Source: an uncultured Acidobacteriota bacterium
Lineage (GTDB): Bacteria; Acidobacteriota; Vicinamibacteria; Fen-336
Reading direction: 5' to 3'
DNA: 64,000 nucleotides
Assembly (NCBI GenBank): GCA_963720545.1
Contig: OY970399.1
Coordinates: 4,000,001 to 4,064,000, forward strand
This document shows, piece by piece, positions 39,914-49,132 of this stretch (positions within the stretch are counted from its first letter, which is position 1; the number at the start of each line of letters is the position of its first letter). The translations under genes and the position numbers were made by a program. The notes below the pieces were generated by a model that saw nothing but the letters and a program-made list of their open reading frames with translations, did not search any database and was not told where the DNA came from.

Positions 39914-41488
39914 TCACCCCAAATCCACCCCTTTTTCGTCAAACAACACACGCTTGCCGGAAGCGGCGTCGCGTGCTGCCGGGGTGATGATGGCTCTCGA
40001 CCCTACATGCAGGGTGCGGCCAGCCCGAAGTGCCTGGCGCACATCGTCTTCGCTGACGAAATCGAGGAGCGGCCGGGCGGGGGGCGGGGCGGGAGGGGCC
40101 TTGGCTGTCGTGGCGCCGCCGCCCGCGCCCTGGTCACGGTCCTTGGCAAAGGCCAGGCGCTTCACGTTCAGGAGATGCAACGGCGTGATGTTGTCCGAGG
40201 TGATGTTGCCGGCGTGGGCGCCGCAGCCGAGGCTCATGGCCGGCGGCAGCGCGGTGGTGTAACCCGTCGCGCCCATGGAGGTCTGGGTGTTGGCGACGAT
40301 GCGCGACGCCGGCATGGCGGCCGCGAAGTCGCGGGCGATGGCCGGATCGCTGCAATGAATGCCGCTGGTGTGGCCGGTGCCGCCGAAGCGCAGCAGCTGG
40401 ACGCAGCGCTCGACTCCTTCGCGCCAGTCGCGTACCACGTAGAAAGCGAGCACCGGGCAGAGCTTCTCGATCGAGAGCGGGTGGTCGCGGCCGACGCCCT
40501 GGAGGCGGGCCACGAGCAGGCGCGTGCCGGCAGACACCTCGATTCCGGCGCGGGCGGCGATGAAGGCTGCCGGCTTGCCGACGATTTCCGGGTTGGCGAG
40601 GCGCTGGGCGGTCACCACCACGCGCGCGACGGCCGCCGCTTCCTGCTCGTTCAGGATATGGGCGCCGCAGCGGCGCAGCTCGGCGAGCGCCTGTTCGGCT
40701 ACCGCCTGGTCGCAGACGAGCGCCTGCTCCGAAGAGCACAGCGTGCCGTAGTCGAAGGTCTTGCCGGCGACGACCTGCGCAACCGCCGCGGCCGTGTCGG
40801 CGGAGCGGTCGAGGTAGACGGGCACGTTGCCCGGACCAACGCCATACGCCGGCCGGCCCGAGGAATAGGCCGCGCGCACCAGGCCGGTGCCGCCGGTCGC
40901 CAGGATGACCCCGGTGAGCCGCGACTTCATCAGCTCCTGCGTGCCCTCGAGGCTCACCGTGTCCATGCAGACGAGCCCACCTTCCGGCAGGCCGGCGCGG
41001 GTGCCGGCTTCGGCCATGATCCGCACCGTTTCCATCACGCAACGGGTTGCCGAAGGATGCGGGCTCATCACCAGCGAGTCGCCGGCCTTCACGGCGATGA
41101 GCGCCTTGTAGATGGCGGTCGAGGTGGGGTTGGTGCACGGCACGATCGCGGCCACGACGCCCATCGGCTCCGCGATCTCGACGATGCGGTTTTCCTGGTC
41201 CTCGCGCAGGATGCCCACGGTGCGCATCGGCTTGATGTAGTCGTGGACAGTGACCGCCGCGAAGCGGTTCTTGACGGTCTTGTCGGCGACGTTGCCGAAG
41301 GTGCTCTCCTCCTGCGCCAGGCGCGCGAGCGGCTCGGCATGGGGCGCCACCGCCTCGGCCATGGCGGCTACGATCGCGTCGATCCGCTCCTGCGAAAAAG
41401 CGGCCATCAGGCGCTGCGCGGCATGCGCGCCGGCGACCAGGACGCGCGCCTGCTGGACCGAGCGAAGGTCCTGATCGTTCAAGGACAT
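39914..41488 (-). CDS. CoA-acylating aldehyde dehydrogenase (EutE/PduP/AdhE-N-like)
   Basis: [49 protein letters not shown]. Confidence 0.9.
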   Translation of the reverse strand: MSLNDQDLRSVQQARVLVAGAHAAQRLMAAFSQERIDAIVAAMAEAVAPHAEPLARLAQEESTFGNVADKTVKNRFAAVTVHDYIKPMRTVGILREDQENRIVEIAEPMGVVAAIVPCTNPTSTAIYKALIAVKAGDSLVMSPHPSATRCVMETVRIMAEAGTRAGLPEGGLVCMDTVSLEGTQELMKSRLTGVILATGGTGLVRAAYSSGRPAYGVGPGNVPVYLDRSADTAAAVAQVVAGKTFDYGTLCSSEQALVCDQAVAEQALAELRRCGAHILNEQEAAAVARVVVTAQRLANPEIVGKPAAFIAARAGIEVSAGTRLLVARLQGVGRDHPLSIEKLCPVLAFYVVRDWREGVERCVQLLRFGGTGHTSGIHCSDPAIARDFAAAMPASRIVANTQTSMGATGYTTALPPAMSLGCGAHAGNITSDNITPLHLLNVKRLAFAKDRDQGAGGGATTAKAPPAPPPARPLLDFVSEDDVRQALRAGRTLHVGSRAIITPAARDAASGKRVLFDEKGVDLG

Positions 41489-41580
41489 AAGCGGGAGTGA
41501 GGGACTATAACATCGCCCCCAATGTTAAGATTCCAAAGGTTTCTCGCGTTATTCTTTTCAATCAATTGAGAGGTAAGTCG

Positions 41581-42612
41581 ATGAAGGTTGGTCGCAGGTT
41601 CGCCGCACCGCTCGCCGTTTCAGCCCTCGCCCTGGCCGCCGCGGGCTGTGGCAAAGGCTGCAGCCGTGCGAAGGAAGTCAACGACCTTTCGGTCAGCGTC
41701 ACCGCCAACCGGCCGCAGGTGCCGATCGAAAGCGCCCTCGAAGTCACCTACACGTGGACCACAGGTCCCGCGTTCAAGAAGCTCGACAAGGACTATCGGG
41801 CGCTCGTGCACTTCAACGACCCGAAGGGCAACCTGTTGTTCGCTGCCGACCACTTGCCGAACCCCACGACGAAGGATTGGGAACCGGGCAAGACCTACAG
41901 CTACACGCGCACCGTGTTCGTGCCGACCTTCCCCTACATCGGGCCGGTCGACATCCGCCTCGGCCTCTATCCCGAAGGCAAGGGCGAGCGCGTCGCTCTG
42001 CAGGGGGAGGACGTCGGCCTGCGTGAATACAAGGCCGGGCGCCTCGAGTTCCTCGACCGCACCAAGAACATCTTCCTCGTCTACAAGGACGGCTGGCACA
42101 GCCCCGAGACCTCGCCCGACAACCCGAGCCTGGAGCGCACCTGGACCGAGAAGGATGCGCTCGTCTCGATGAAGAACCCGAAGAAGGACATCGTCATCTA
42201 CATCGAGGCCGACACCAACACCAAGGCGTTCACCAAACCGCCGACGCTGACGGTCTCGGTCAACAACAAGTTCGGCGCGATCATCCCGGTGGAGAACTCC
42301 GAGGTGTTCCTGAAGAAGGTGCGCGTCAAGGGCGAAGACCTCGGCACCGACGAGTGGGTGGACCTGCGGCTCACCATGAGCGAGGGCTTCGTGCCCAAGG
42401 CGCTCGGCTACAACAGCGACGACCGCGAACTGGGCCTGCTGGTCTATCACCTGCACGTGGCCGAGGCCGACAAGCTCGGCGACCTGGCGAACCTCGGCGT
42501 GCTCGAAGCGGGCCCGGTCACCATCGCGCCGCGCGTGGCGCCGGCAGCCGCCGCCGCGGCGGCCACGCCGCCCATGGCCATGGCCATGAAGGCGAAGCCG
42601 AAGACCAACTAG
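41581..42612 (+). CDS. Hypothetical lipoprotein, beta-rich
   Basis: SD GAGAGG; lipobox AAGC; strong coding-like codon usage; DDRELG motif. Confidence 0.7.
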   Translation: MKVGRRFAAPLAVSALALAAAGCGKGCSRAKEVNDLSVSVTANRPQVPIESALEVTYTWTTGPAFKKLDKDYRALVHFNDPKGNLLFAADHLPNPTTKDWEPGKTYSYTRTVFVPTFPYIGPVDIRLGLYPEGKGERVALQGEDVGLREYKAGRLEFLDRTKNIFLVYKDGWHSPETSPDNPSLERTWTEKDALVSMKNPKKDIVIYIEADTNTKAFTKPPTLTVSVNNKFGAIIPVENSEVFLKKVRVKGEDLGTDEWVDLRLTMSEGFVPKALGYNSDDRELGLLVYHLHVAEADKLGDLANLGVLEAGPVTIAPRVAPAAAAAAATPPMAMAMKAKPKTN

Positions 42613-43652
42613 CCTTTAGCCTTCAGCTCCAGGACCGCGTGCAGCACCACGCGGTCCGTGCGTTTGCCGGCCGGCAGCCGCACCTCGATGCCGGTAGGCG
42701 AAGTCACGGGGCCCGCGGGCCCGTCGATGACGATCGAAAGACGCAGGCCCGCCCCCGCAACCAGCAGCGCCTGCGGCACGTCGATCACCGCGCGGCGCCG
42801 GACCTCGAGCCGGCCGTCGTCGCCGCTGTTCGCGAGTGCCTCGTCGAGGCGCGCTTCGGCGCGGATCGACAGCGGCGCCGTCGTCATCATGGCAACGCCG
42901 AGCGCGGCGGCGCGCATCGCTTCCAACTCCCGGTTCACGTCGAGCTGGGTGCGGGTCGTGACCGGCTTCAGCGTCGTGCTGCTCTCGCTGGCCTCGGCGA
43001 ACTCCAGCGGCGCGGCGCCAGCCGGGATCGGGATCGTGGGCGGCGGCAGGTCGTCGTCCGGGGCCGCCATCTTCTCGTGGATCTTCTGCAGCGCCAGCTT
43101 GGAGATCGCCTTCAGCGTCTCGAAGACGCCGAGCCCATGGAGCGCCGCCGCCTCGAAGTAGCTGCGGCCCGAGCGGTTCAGGGTCTCCTGCAGGTTCTCG
43201 ATCGGCACCGTCGTCCGCAGGTCGCGCTTGTTGTACTGGAACACCAGCGGCACCGAGTCGAGCGTCATGCCCATCTCGCGCAGGTTGTCCTCGAGGCTGC
43301 GCAGCGATTCGACGTTCGCGTCGCGCGCGGCCTCCTGCGAGTCGGCGACGAACACGATGCCGTCCACCCCGCGCAGCACCAGCTTGCGGGTGGCGTTGTA
43401 GAACACCTGGCCGGGCACCGTGTAGAGCTGGATGCGCACCCGCATGCCGCCGATGTTGCCCACCTCGAGCGGCAGCAGGTCGAAAAACAGCGTTCGGTCG
43501 GTGTCGGTCTCGAGGCTCACCATCTCGCCGCGCGACACCTGCGCCGTCTTCTTGTGGATGTGGAGGAGGTTGGTGGTCTTGCCGCAGAGCCCGGGACCGT
43601 AGTACACGATCTTGGCGGACGCCTGCATCGTCGTGTAATTGAAGAACACCAT
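42609..43652 (-). CDS. MglA-family small GTPase with C-terminal extension
   Basis: KIVYYGPGLCGKTTNL, DRTLFFD, LYTVPGQVFY, VADSQ, QYNKRDL. Confidence 0.9.
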   Translation of the reverse strand: MVFFNYTTMQASAKIVYYGPGLCGKTTNLLHIHKKTAQVSRGEMVSLETDTDRTLFFDLLPLEVGNIGGMRVRIQLYTVPGQVFYNATRKLVLRGVDGIVFVADSQEAARDANVESLRSLEDNLREMGMTLDSVPLVFQYNKRDLRTTVPIENLQETLNRSGRSYFEAAALHGLGVFETLKAISKLALQKIHEKMAAPDDDLPPPTIPIPAGAAPLEFAEASESSTTLKPVTTRTQLDVNRELEAMRAAALGVAMMTTAPLSIRAEARLDEALANSGDDGRLEVRRRAVIDVPQALLVAGAGLRLSIVIDGPAGPVTSPTGIEVRLPAGKRTDRVVLHAVLELKAKG

Positions 43653-43726
43653 TTGGGTTGTAGGCGGAGTGTAGCGCGGCTGCTCGCGCTTTGGCGAAGG
43701 CGGTGTGAGCCGCGTTATGCGGCGGT

Positions 43727-44209
43727 CTAGAAGCTGACGCCGGCGCCGATCGAGAAGCGGCCGTCGAGCTTGATCGGCGGGTTGCCCGAGAGGCTCAGCC
43801 GCCGGTACTCCGCCTTCAGCACCAGGATGCTCGCGGTCTTCACCTTGACGCCGCCGAACACCGCGGTGAGGAAGCCGTTGTCGGTGATGCCGCCCGGCAC
43901 GCTCTGGCGGAAGACGCCGGCGCCCGCGCCGGCGTAGGGCTGGATCATGCCGGTGGGCGGCGCCACCACGGCGCTCGCGGTGAAGGCGGTCATGGCGGTG
44001 TCGAGCGACTCGCCGCTGACGCGCGAGGCCTCGCCCTCGAAGCTCACCACCGGCACCAGGCTCGAGGTGAGCGCGACGCCGTAGGCGCGGCCCCAGTTCT
44101 CGCCGGGACGCGGCGCGCCGACGAACACGGTCAGGTCGCCCGCGGTCGTGTCCTGGATGTAGCCGAGGCATAAGGCCGCGGTCAGGATCGCGATTGCTCC
44201 CTTGCGCAT
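43727..44209 (-). CDS. Outer-membrane beta-barrel protein
   Basis: Signal peptide, PYAGAGAG, amphipathic strands, C-terminal Phe (GVSF). Confidence 0.75.
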   Translation of the reverse strand: MRKGAIAILTAALCLGYIQDTTAGDLTVFVGAPRPGENWGRAYGVALTSSLVPVVSFEGEASRVSGESLDTAMTAFTASAVVAPPTGMIQPYAGAGAGVFRQSVPGGITDNGFLTAVFGGVKVKTASILVLKAEYRRLSLSGNPPIKLDGRFSIGAGVSF

Positions 44210-44230
44210 GTCTTCGAACCTACACCAGTC

Positions 44231-44470
44231 CTAGTCGATGGCGACGCGGCGGCCGCTGCGCTTTGTGCGCGCCGCCGCTCGCGGCGTTCGGCCGGCTTCC
44301 GCCTGGGCCGCTCGTTCCATCCGTTCCAGCTGCCAGCGGCACATCATGACGATGCCTTCGAGCACCTGCTTGCGCAGCGCCTGCAGCTTGTCCCTGTCGA
44401 TGCCGGCATCTTCGAGCAGCTCCGACAGGACGCAGCACGCCTTGGTGCTGTTGCCTCGCCTCGCAGCCAT
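44231..44470 (-). CDS. Small helical hypothetical protein (79 aa)
   Basis: ATG overlaps the upstream ATPase stop (TGATG); SD GGAGG; amphipathic helix. Confidence 0.7.
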   Translation of the reverse strand: MAARRGNSTKACCVLSELLEDAGIDRDKLQALRKQVLEGIVMMCRWQLERMERAAQAEAGRTPRAAARTKRSGRRVAID

Positions 44471-45648
44471 CAAGCCTCCTTGCCCCCGAACCGCACTCTG
44501 AGCACCTGGTCGACGAGCGCCGCGCTCGTCACCGTGCGGCCCGCGATCGAGCGGGGCAGGGTCACGTGGCGGCGCTGGTTGTCCACCTGCACCACCAGGT
44601 CGTCGGCCTTGGTGAACACGCTGAGCCGGTCTTTCTGCGCGAACGGCAGATGGATTGCCATCACGTAGGTGCCGCGCTCCTTCCTGATCTCGATTGGCCG
44701 GCCCTTGAAGAAAGATTGCGACGGGTCGCGCTTGCCGAACACGGCCTTCGCCATCTCGTCGAGGTTCGCAACGCCGACCATCTCGCGATCGAAGAGGCGC
44801 GACTCGAAGAACGGCACCGGCTCGAACGACTCGCGCGCCTCGCTGAGGTAGCCCTTCTGGATGTCGAACCAGCGGTCGAAGTAGGGCGAGCGCGCCTCCT
44901 CCGGCAGGATGCGGTTCGCGACCACGGCGTCGACCGGAAAGCCGAACAGGCTGAGGTAGGTGTAGAGGCGCTGCGATTCCTTGATGACCATGCCCTCGGG
45001 GTTGAGGACGATGCGGATCGAGCTCGTCTCGGGATCCTGCAGCATCGGCCCCATGCCCTCGAGCTGCTGGTAGAGCGCCGCCACCGCGCCGAACACGTCG
45101 TCGGTGGGGATCGGCATGTCGGTCATGCGCTGCGCCACTGGCCGCACCGAGCGCACCACCGTGCGCTGGATGGGGAAGATGCGCGTGAAATAGAAGTTGA
45201 GGATGTCGGGGACGCCGAGCAGGCGGATGGTTTCGCCGGTGGGCGCGCAGTCGACGATGATGACGTCGTAGCGGCCGCTGGTCGCGAAGGCGCGTACCCG
45301 CAGCAGGCTGAACAGCTCCTCCATCCCCGGCAGGATCGCCATCTCCTCGGCGACCGCGTCGGCGATGCCGCGGAAGGTCATGAAGCGGGTGAGCCACTCG
45401 TGGATGGTGCCCCAGCGCTTCGCCAGCTCCTCGTTGACGTCGATCTCGACCGCGTCGAGCCGCTCCTCGACTTTCACCGGTTCGGCGCCGAGCGCCACGC
45501 CGAGGGCGTCGGCCAGGCTGTGGGCCGCATCGGTCGAGACCACGAGGGTGCGGTGGCCGAGACGCGCGGAGCGCACGGCGGTGGCGGCCGACAAGGTGGT
45601 CTTGCCGACGCCGCCCTTGCCGGAATAGAGGATGACCCTCATCGTCAT
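44470..45648 (-). CDS. ArsA/Get3-family ATPase with C-terminal HSP20/alpha-crystallin-like domain
   Basis: GKGGVGKTT, STDAAHSL, PGMEE, DCAPTGET, LNPE, ANR; beta-rich tail YVMAIHLPF...DDLVVQV...RRHVTLP. Confidence 0.88.
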   Translation of the reverse strand: MTMRVILYSGKGGVGKTTLSAATAVRSARLGHRTLVVSTDAAHSLADALGVALGAEPVKVEERLDAVEIDVNEELAKRWGTIHEWLTRFMTFRGIADAVAEEMAILPGMEELFSLLRVRAFATSGRYDVIIVDCAPTGETIRLLGVPDILNFYFTRIFPIQRTVVRSVRPVAQRMTDMPIPTDDVFGAVAALYQQLEGMGPMLQDPETSSIRIVLNPEGMVIKESQRLYTYLSLFGFPVDAVVANRILPEEARSPYFDRWFDIQKGYLSEARESFEPVPFFESRLFDREMVGVANLDEMAKAVFGKRDPSQSFFKGRPIEIRKERGTYVMAIHLPFAQKDRLSVFTKADDLVVQVDNQRRHVTLPRSIAGRTVTSAALVDQVLRVRFGGKEA

Positions 45649-46775
45649 CGTCGGCGCTCCGCCGGGAACATCTCGCGCGCCAGTGCGTCGAGCCCGCGCA
45701 GGTCGTGGATGTCGGTGTCGCCTTCCGCCACCGCCACCACCCGGCCGCCGCCCTCGGCCGACAGACGCGCGAGCGTCTTGCGGGCGCCCTTTGCGAGCGC
45801 CTGTTCGTCGCGGAAGGCAGCGGCGAGCCGCGCGCGCAGGTCTGTGGGGAGAACCGCGGCCGCCGTGCCCCGGCCGCGCGCGGCGCCGCTCGCGGGGTCC
45901 TGGTGGACGCGGTTGGCGACGAACGTCACGAAGGGCATCTTTTTTTCCCGCAGGCGCTCGTGAAAGTAGAGCGCCTCCATGAGCGCCGCCGGCGAGGGGC
46001 CGCAAACCACCACGAACCCCGACTGCGGGTCGCGCAGCAGCGCGAACACGCGCGCGGCTCTTTCCTTGAATCCATCGTACATGCCCTCGAACGCCAGGAA
46101 GAACTCGGACAGCTCCTGCAGGAAGGCGAGGCCGATGGCACGGTCGGCGAGCCGCAGCGCCATGGCTCCGGTGCGCGTCGCCACCTTGAAGGTGAGCTTG
46201 CCGGCGACGAAGTAGGGGCGCAGGAAGAAGCGCAGGATGCCGGTATCGAGGAACGACAGCATGCGGTCGGGCGCCTCGAGGAAGTCGAGCGCATGCCGCG
46301 TCGGCGGCGTGTCGAGCACGATCAGGTCGAAGCGCTTCTCGGCGCGCAGGGCGAGGAGCCGTTCCATGGCCATGTACTCCTGGCTGCCGCCGAGCGCCGA
46401 GGACACCTCGACGTAGAAACGGTTCCGCAGGATGCGGTCGCGCGCCGCGGCATCGGGTGCGTGGCGCGAGACCACCTCGTCGAAAGTCCGGCGGGTGTCG
46501 AGCGCCATCGCATGGAGCGATCCCTTCGCGCCGAAGCCGCCGAGGTCGAGGCGCCGGGGCGCACCCTCGAGCCGGTCGAGGCCGAGGCTCGTCGCGAGTC
46601 GCCGCGACGGGTCGATGGTGCAGACGAGCACCGTGCGCCCCAGGCGAGCCGCCTGCAGCGCGAGCGAAGCGGCTAGTGTGGTCTTGCCGACGCCGCCGGC
46701 GCCGCACACGACGAGCACCTTGCGCGCGTCGAGCGCAGCGGCCAGCGCGGTGCGCCCGGAACCGGTGCCGCTCAC
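45645..46775 (-). CDS. ArsA/Get3-family ATPase (Rv3680/BagB-like)
   Basis: CGAGGVGKTT, TIDPSRRLA, GSQEYMAMERL, DTPPTRHALDFL. Confidence 0.85.
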   Translation of the reverse strand: MSGTGSGRTALAAALDARKVLVVCGAGGVGKTTLAASLALQAARLGRTVLVCTIDPSRRLATSLGLDRLEGAPRRLDLGGFGAKGSLHAMALDTRRTFDEVVSRHAPDAAARDRILRNRFYVEVSSALGGSQEYMAMERLLALRAEKRFDLIVLDTPPTRHALDFLEAPDRMLSFLDTGILRFFLRPYFVAGKLTFKVATRTGAMALRLADRAIGLAFLQELSEFFLAFEGMYDGFKERAARVFALLRDPQSGFVVVCGPSPAALMEALYFHERLREKKMPFVTFVANRVHQDPASGAARGRGTAAAVLPTDLRARLAAAFRDEQALAKGARKTLARLSAEGGGRVVAVAEGDTDIHDLRGLDALAREMFPAERRR

Positions 46776-47704
46776 AGCCCGCCCTGTTCCGACAAGCGGT
46801 CGGCGAGCGCCTCGAGCTGCGCGCGTCGCGACGGCATCTCATAGAGGTAGGGCAGGCGCAGGACGTCGTCGAAGGCGGCGCGCAGCCGCTTGTCGTAGAA
46901 CTGCGTGAGGCGCCGCCGCCTGATGTTGTGGCGGGCGGCGCGCAAGGCGCCTCGAAGGGGCACGCCGGGAGCGACGCTGCCACCAGCGCCGGCGGCGAAC
47001 AGCGCCAGCACTTCCTTTTCCTGGGCGGCCGTGAAGCGCCGCTCGTGGCAGGCGTTGAGGAACAGGCCCGCCGTTTCGATCCGCAGGTCCGCCGAGAGGT
47101 CGCGCGCGAGCTGCACCGCTTCCACCGCCGCCATCTCTTCGGGGATCGCGACCAGGGCTGTTGCGGTCCGCTTGCGGTCGCGCAGCAGCTCCAGGATGCG
47201 GCGCGCATTGCTGCCGATGGGGCCGAGGGGCGCCACGCGCAGCGCGGCCTGCGGCGCCTTCAGCAGGTACAGACCATGGCCGGTGGCCGGCGCATCGAGC
47301 ACGACGAGGTCGTAGCGCGGCTGCAGCGTCATGATCTTGCCGAGCGTCATCAGGTCGTCGAGGCCGGGGGCCGCGGCGAAGAAGCGCCGGTAGATCGGGC
47401 TGGCCAGGATGCGCCGCGAGAACATCGAGAACTTCACCACGTGGCGCACGTAATCGTCGAGCGCCTCTTCGGGATCGATGTTCATTGCGAAGATCGACGG
47501 CGCCACCTCGATTTCGCGGTGTCCGACGGGCGGCGCGTCGAAGTAACGCGCCAGCTCCACGGGCGCGTCGACCTCGGCGAGCAGCGTGCGCTTGCCGCGG
47601 CGCGCGGCGAGCACCCCGAGGAGGCTCGCCACCAGGCTCTTGCCGACTCCGCCCTTGCCGGTGAGGATGACGAGTCGCTTCTCGAGCAGGGCGTCAAGGT
47701 TCAC
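46772..47704 (-). CDS. ArsA/Get3-family ATPase (Rv3679/BagA-like)
   Basis: TGKGGVGKS, APGLDDLMTLGKI, DAPATGH, PEEMA. Confidence 0.85.
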   Translation of the reverse strand: MNLDALLEKRLVILTGKGGVGKSLVASLLGVLAARRGKRTLLAEVDAPVELARYFDAPPVGHREIEVAPSIFAMNIDPEEALDDYVRHVVKFSMFSRRILASPIYRRFFAAAPGLDDLMTLGKIMTLQPRYDLVVLDAPATGHGLYLLKAPQAALRVAPLGPIGSNARRILELLRDRKRTATALVAIPEEMAAVEAVQLARDLSADLRIETAGLFLNACHERRFTAAQEKEVLALFAAGAGGSVAPGVPLRGALRAARHNIRRRRLTQFYDKRLRAAFDDVLRLPYLYEMPSRRAQLEALADRLSEQGGL

Positions 47705-47730
47705 GGACGGAAAGGATAACGTGTGGGCTC

Positions 47731-49119
47731 ATGCGCCGGGGCTCGCCGTCTTCCTCGTGGGTCCTTCTCACCGTCGCCCTGCTCGGCCTCGGGGTGCGCA
47801 TCGTCGGCCTGGACGCCTGGGGCACCTTCGACACCGAGGTGCAGAAGGCGTGGTCGGTGCGTGCGGCGCAGGGACTCGCCGACATCTACGGCCCCTCGGA
47901 TCGCGACCTGGCCGCGTACGCGAGCACGCACGGCGGGGCATGGGCGCTCGTGAGCGGCGCAGCGCGCTTCCCGCGCACCGAGTTCCTGTGGGGCGAGGCG
48001 CGCTACTTTGTGGACTATCCGCCGGGCAGCATCGTGGTGCTGGCGCTCGAGGGCAAGGCATACCGGCTGCTGCGCCCGGAGATGCCGAACAAGGCGCTCT
48101 TCAACACGGTCATCAACATCGGGCCCCTGCTCGCGAGCCTGCTGATCGCCTGGCTGCTCTGGCTCAGCGTGCCGCCCGGTAACGGACAACGCGGAATCGA
48201 AACGGCGCGCGCCGCCGGCTACTGGCTGAACCCGGCCGCGATATTCGCGGCGCCGTTCCTCGGCTACCCCGACCCGATCTTCTCGGTGTTCGGCGTCGGC
48301 GCGGTCCTGGCATTGGCGCGCGGCGCGCTTCCGCTGGCGGCGGCGCTCGGGGTGGCCGCGACTCTCATCAAGCCGCAAGGCGTGCTGCTGGCGCCCGTGA
48401 TCTTCGGCCTGCTGGCGCGCCGGGGCTCGGCAGCGGCCTGGTGGCGCTCCCTGGCCGCTGGCGCCGCGACTGCAACTGTGGTGCTCTCGCCGTGGTGGCT
48501 CAGCGGCCACTTGTTCTCGGCGCTCGACGGCTTCCGCCGCCCCTTCGGGCAGGGCACGCTGGCACCCCTCGGCCTCAACGTCTGGTGGGCGGCGGGCTAC
48601 GTGGCCGACCGGCTGGCCGGCGACACTTCGGGCCTCGCGCGCATCTGGACGATCGACGCGTTCACGCAGGCGAGCGGCGTCGATCCGCGCATCGTCGCCA
48701 GGATCGCGCTCGTCGGCGCGTCGCTCGTGATGTTTCTTTGGAGCTATCGCCGCCGTCTCGAAGGCGAGGGTGCCCTGGCCCTGGCGGTTATCGTCATGGT
48801 GCACACCTACGCGCTCCTCTCGACGAGCGTCCACGAAAACCACACGTTCCTCGCCGTGGCGTTGGCGCCGCTCCTCTTATTCTCGGTGCCGTGGGCGCGC
48901 ACCGTGCTTGCCGCAACCTCGGCATTCCTCGGCCTCAGTCTGTTCTTCGCCGCCGGCCTCGGCCGTCGGGTGACGCACTTGCGCAGGATCGAGGACCTGC
49001 GCTTCCAGGCCGGCTTCGACCCCACAGTGGTCACCGCGCTGCTGCACGTGGCGCTCGTTGCCTTCCTGTGGCTGCTGTTGGCGCGGGTCAGCGCCGGGCG
49101 CGGTGGCGCCGAGCGTTAA
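47731..49119 (+). CDS. Polytopic membrane protein, GT-C-fold glycosyltransferase-like
   Basis: About 10 TMs; VDYPP, LNPA, IKPQG and VHENH motifs typical of lipid-linked-sugar transferases. Confidence 0.6.
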   Translation: MRRGSPSSSWVLLTVALLGLGVRIVGLDAWGTFDTEVQKAWSVRAAQGLADIYGPSDRDLAAYASTHGGAWALVSGAARFPRTEFLWGEARYFVDYPPGSIVVLALEGKAYRLLRPEMPNKALFNTVINIGPLLASLLIAWLLWLSVPPGNGQRGIETARAAGYWLNPAAIFAAPFLGYPDPIFSVFGVGAVLALARGALPLAAALGVAATLIKPQGVLLAPVIFGLLARRGSAAAWWRSLAAGAATATVVLSPWWLSGHLFSALDGFRRPFGQGTLAPLGLNVWWAAGYVADRLAGDTSGLARIWTIDAFTQASGVDPRIVARIALVGASLVMFLWSYRRRLEGEGALALAVIVMVHTYALLSTSVHENHTFLAVALAPLLLFSVPWARTVLAATSAFLGLSLFFAAGLGRRVTHLRRIEDLRFQAGFDPTVVTALLHVALVAFLWLLLARVSAGRGGAER

Positions 49120-49132
49120 CATCCGGAGATCC

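Noticed and set aside
44470..47704. Arsenic resistance operon (arsA)
   Set aside because: These are single-domain ATPases with no arsR/B/C/D or acr3 nearby; motifs and context fit Get3-like subfamilies.
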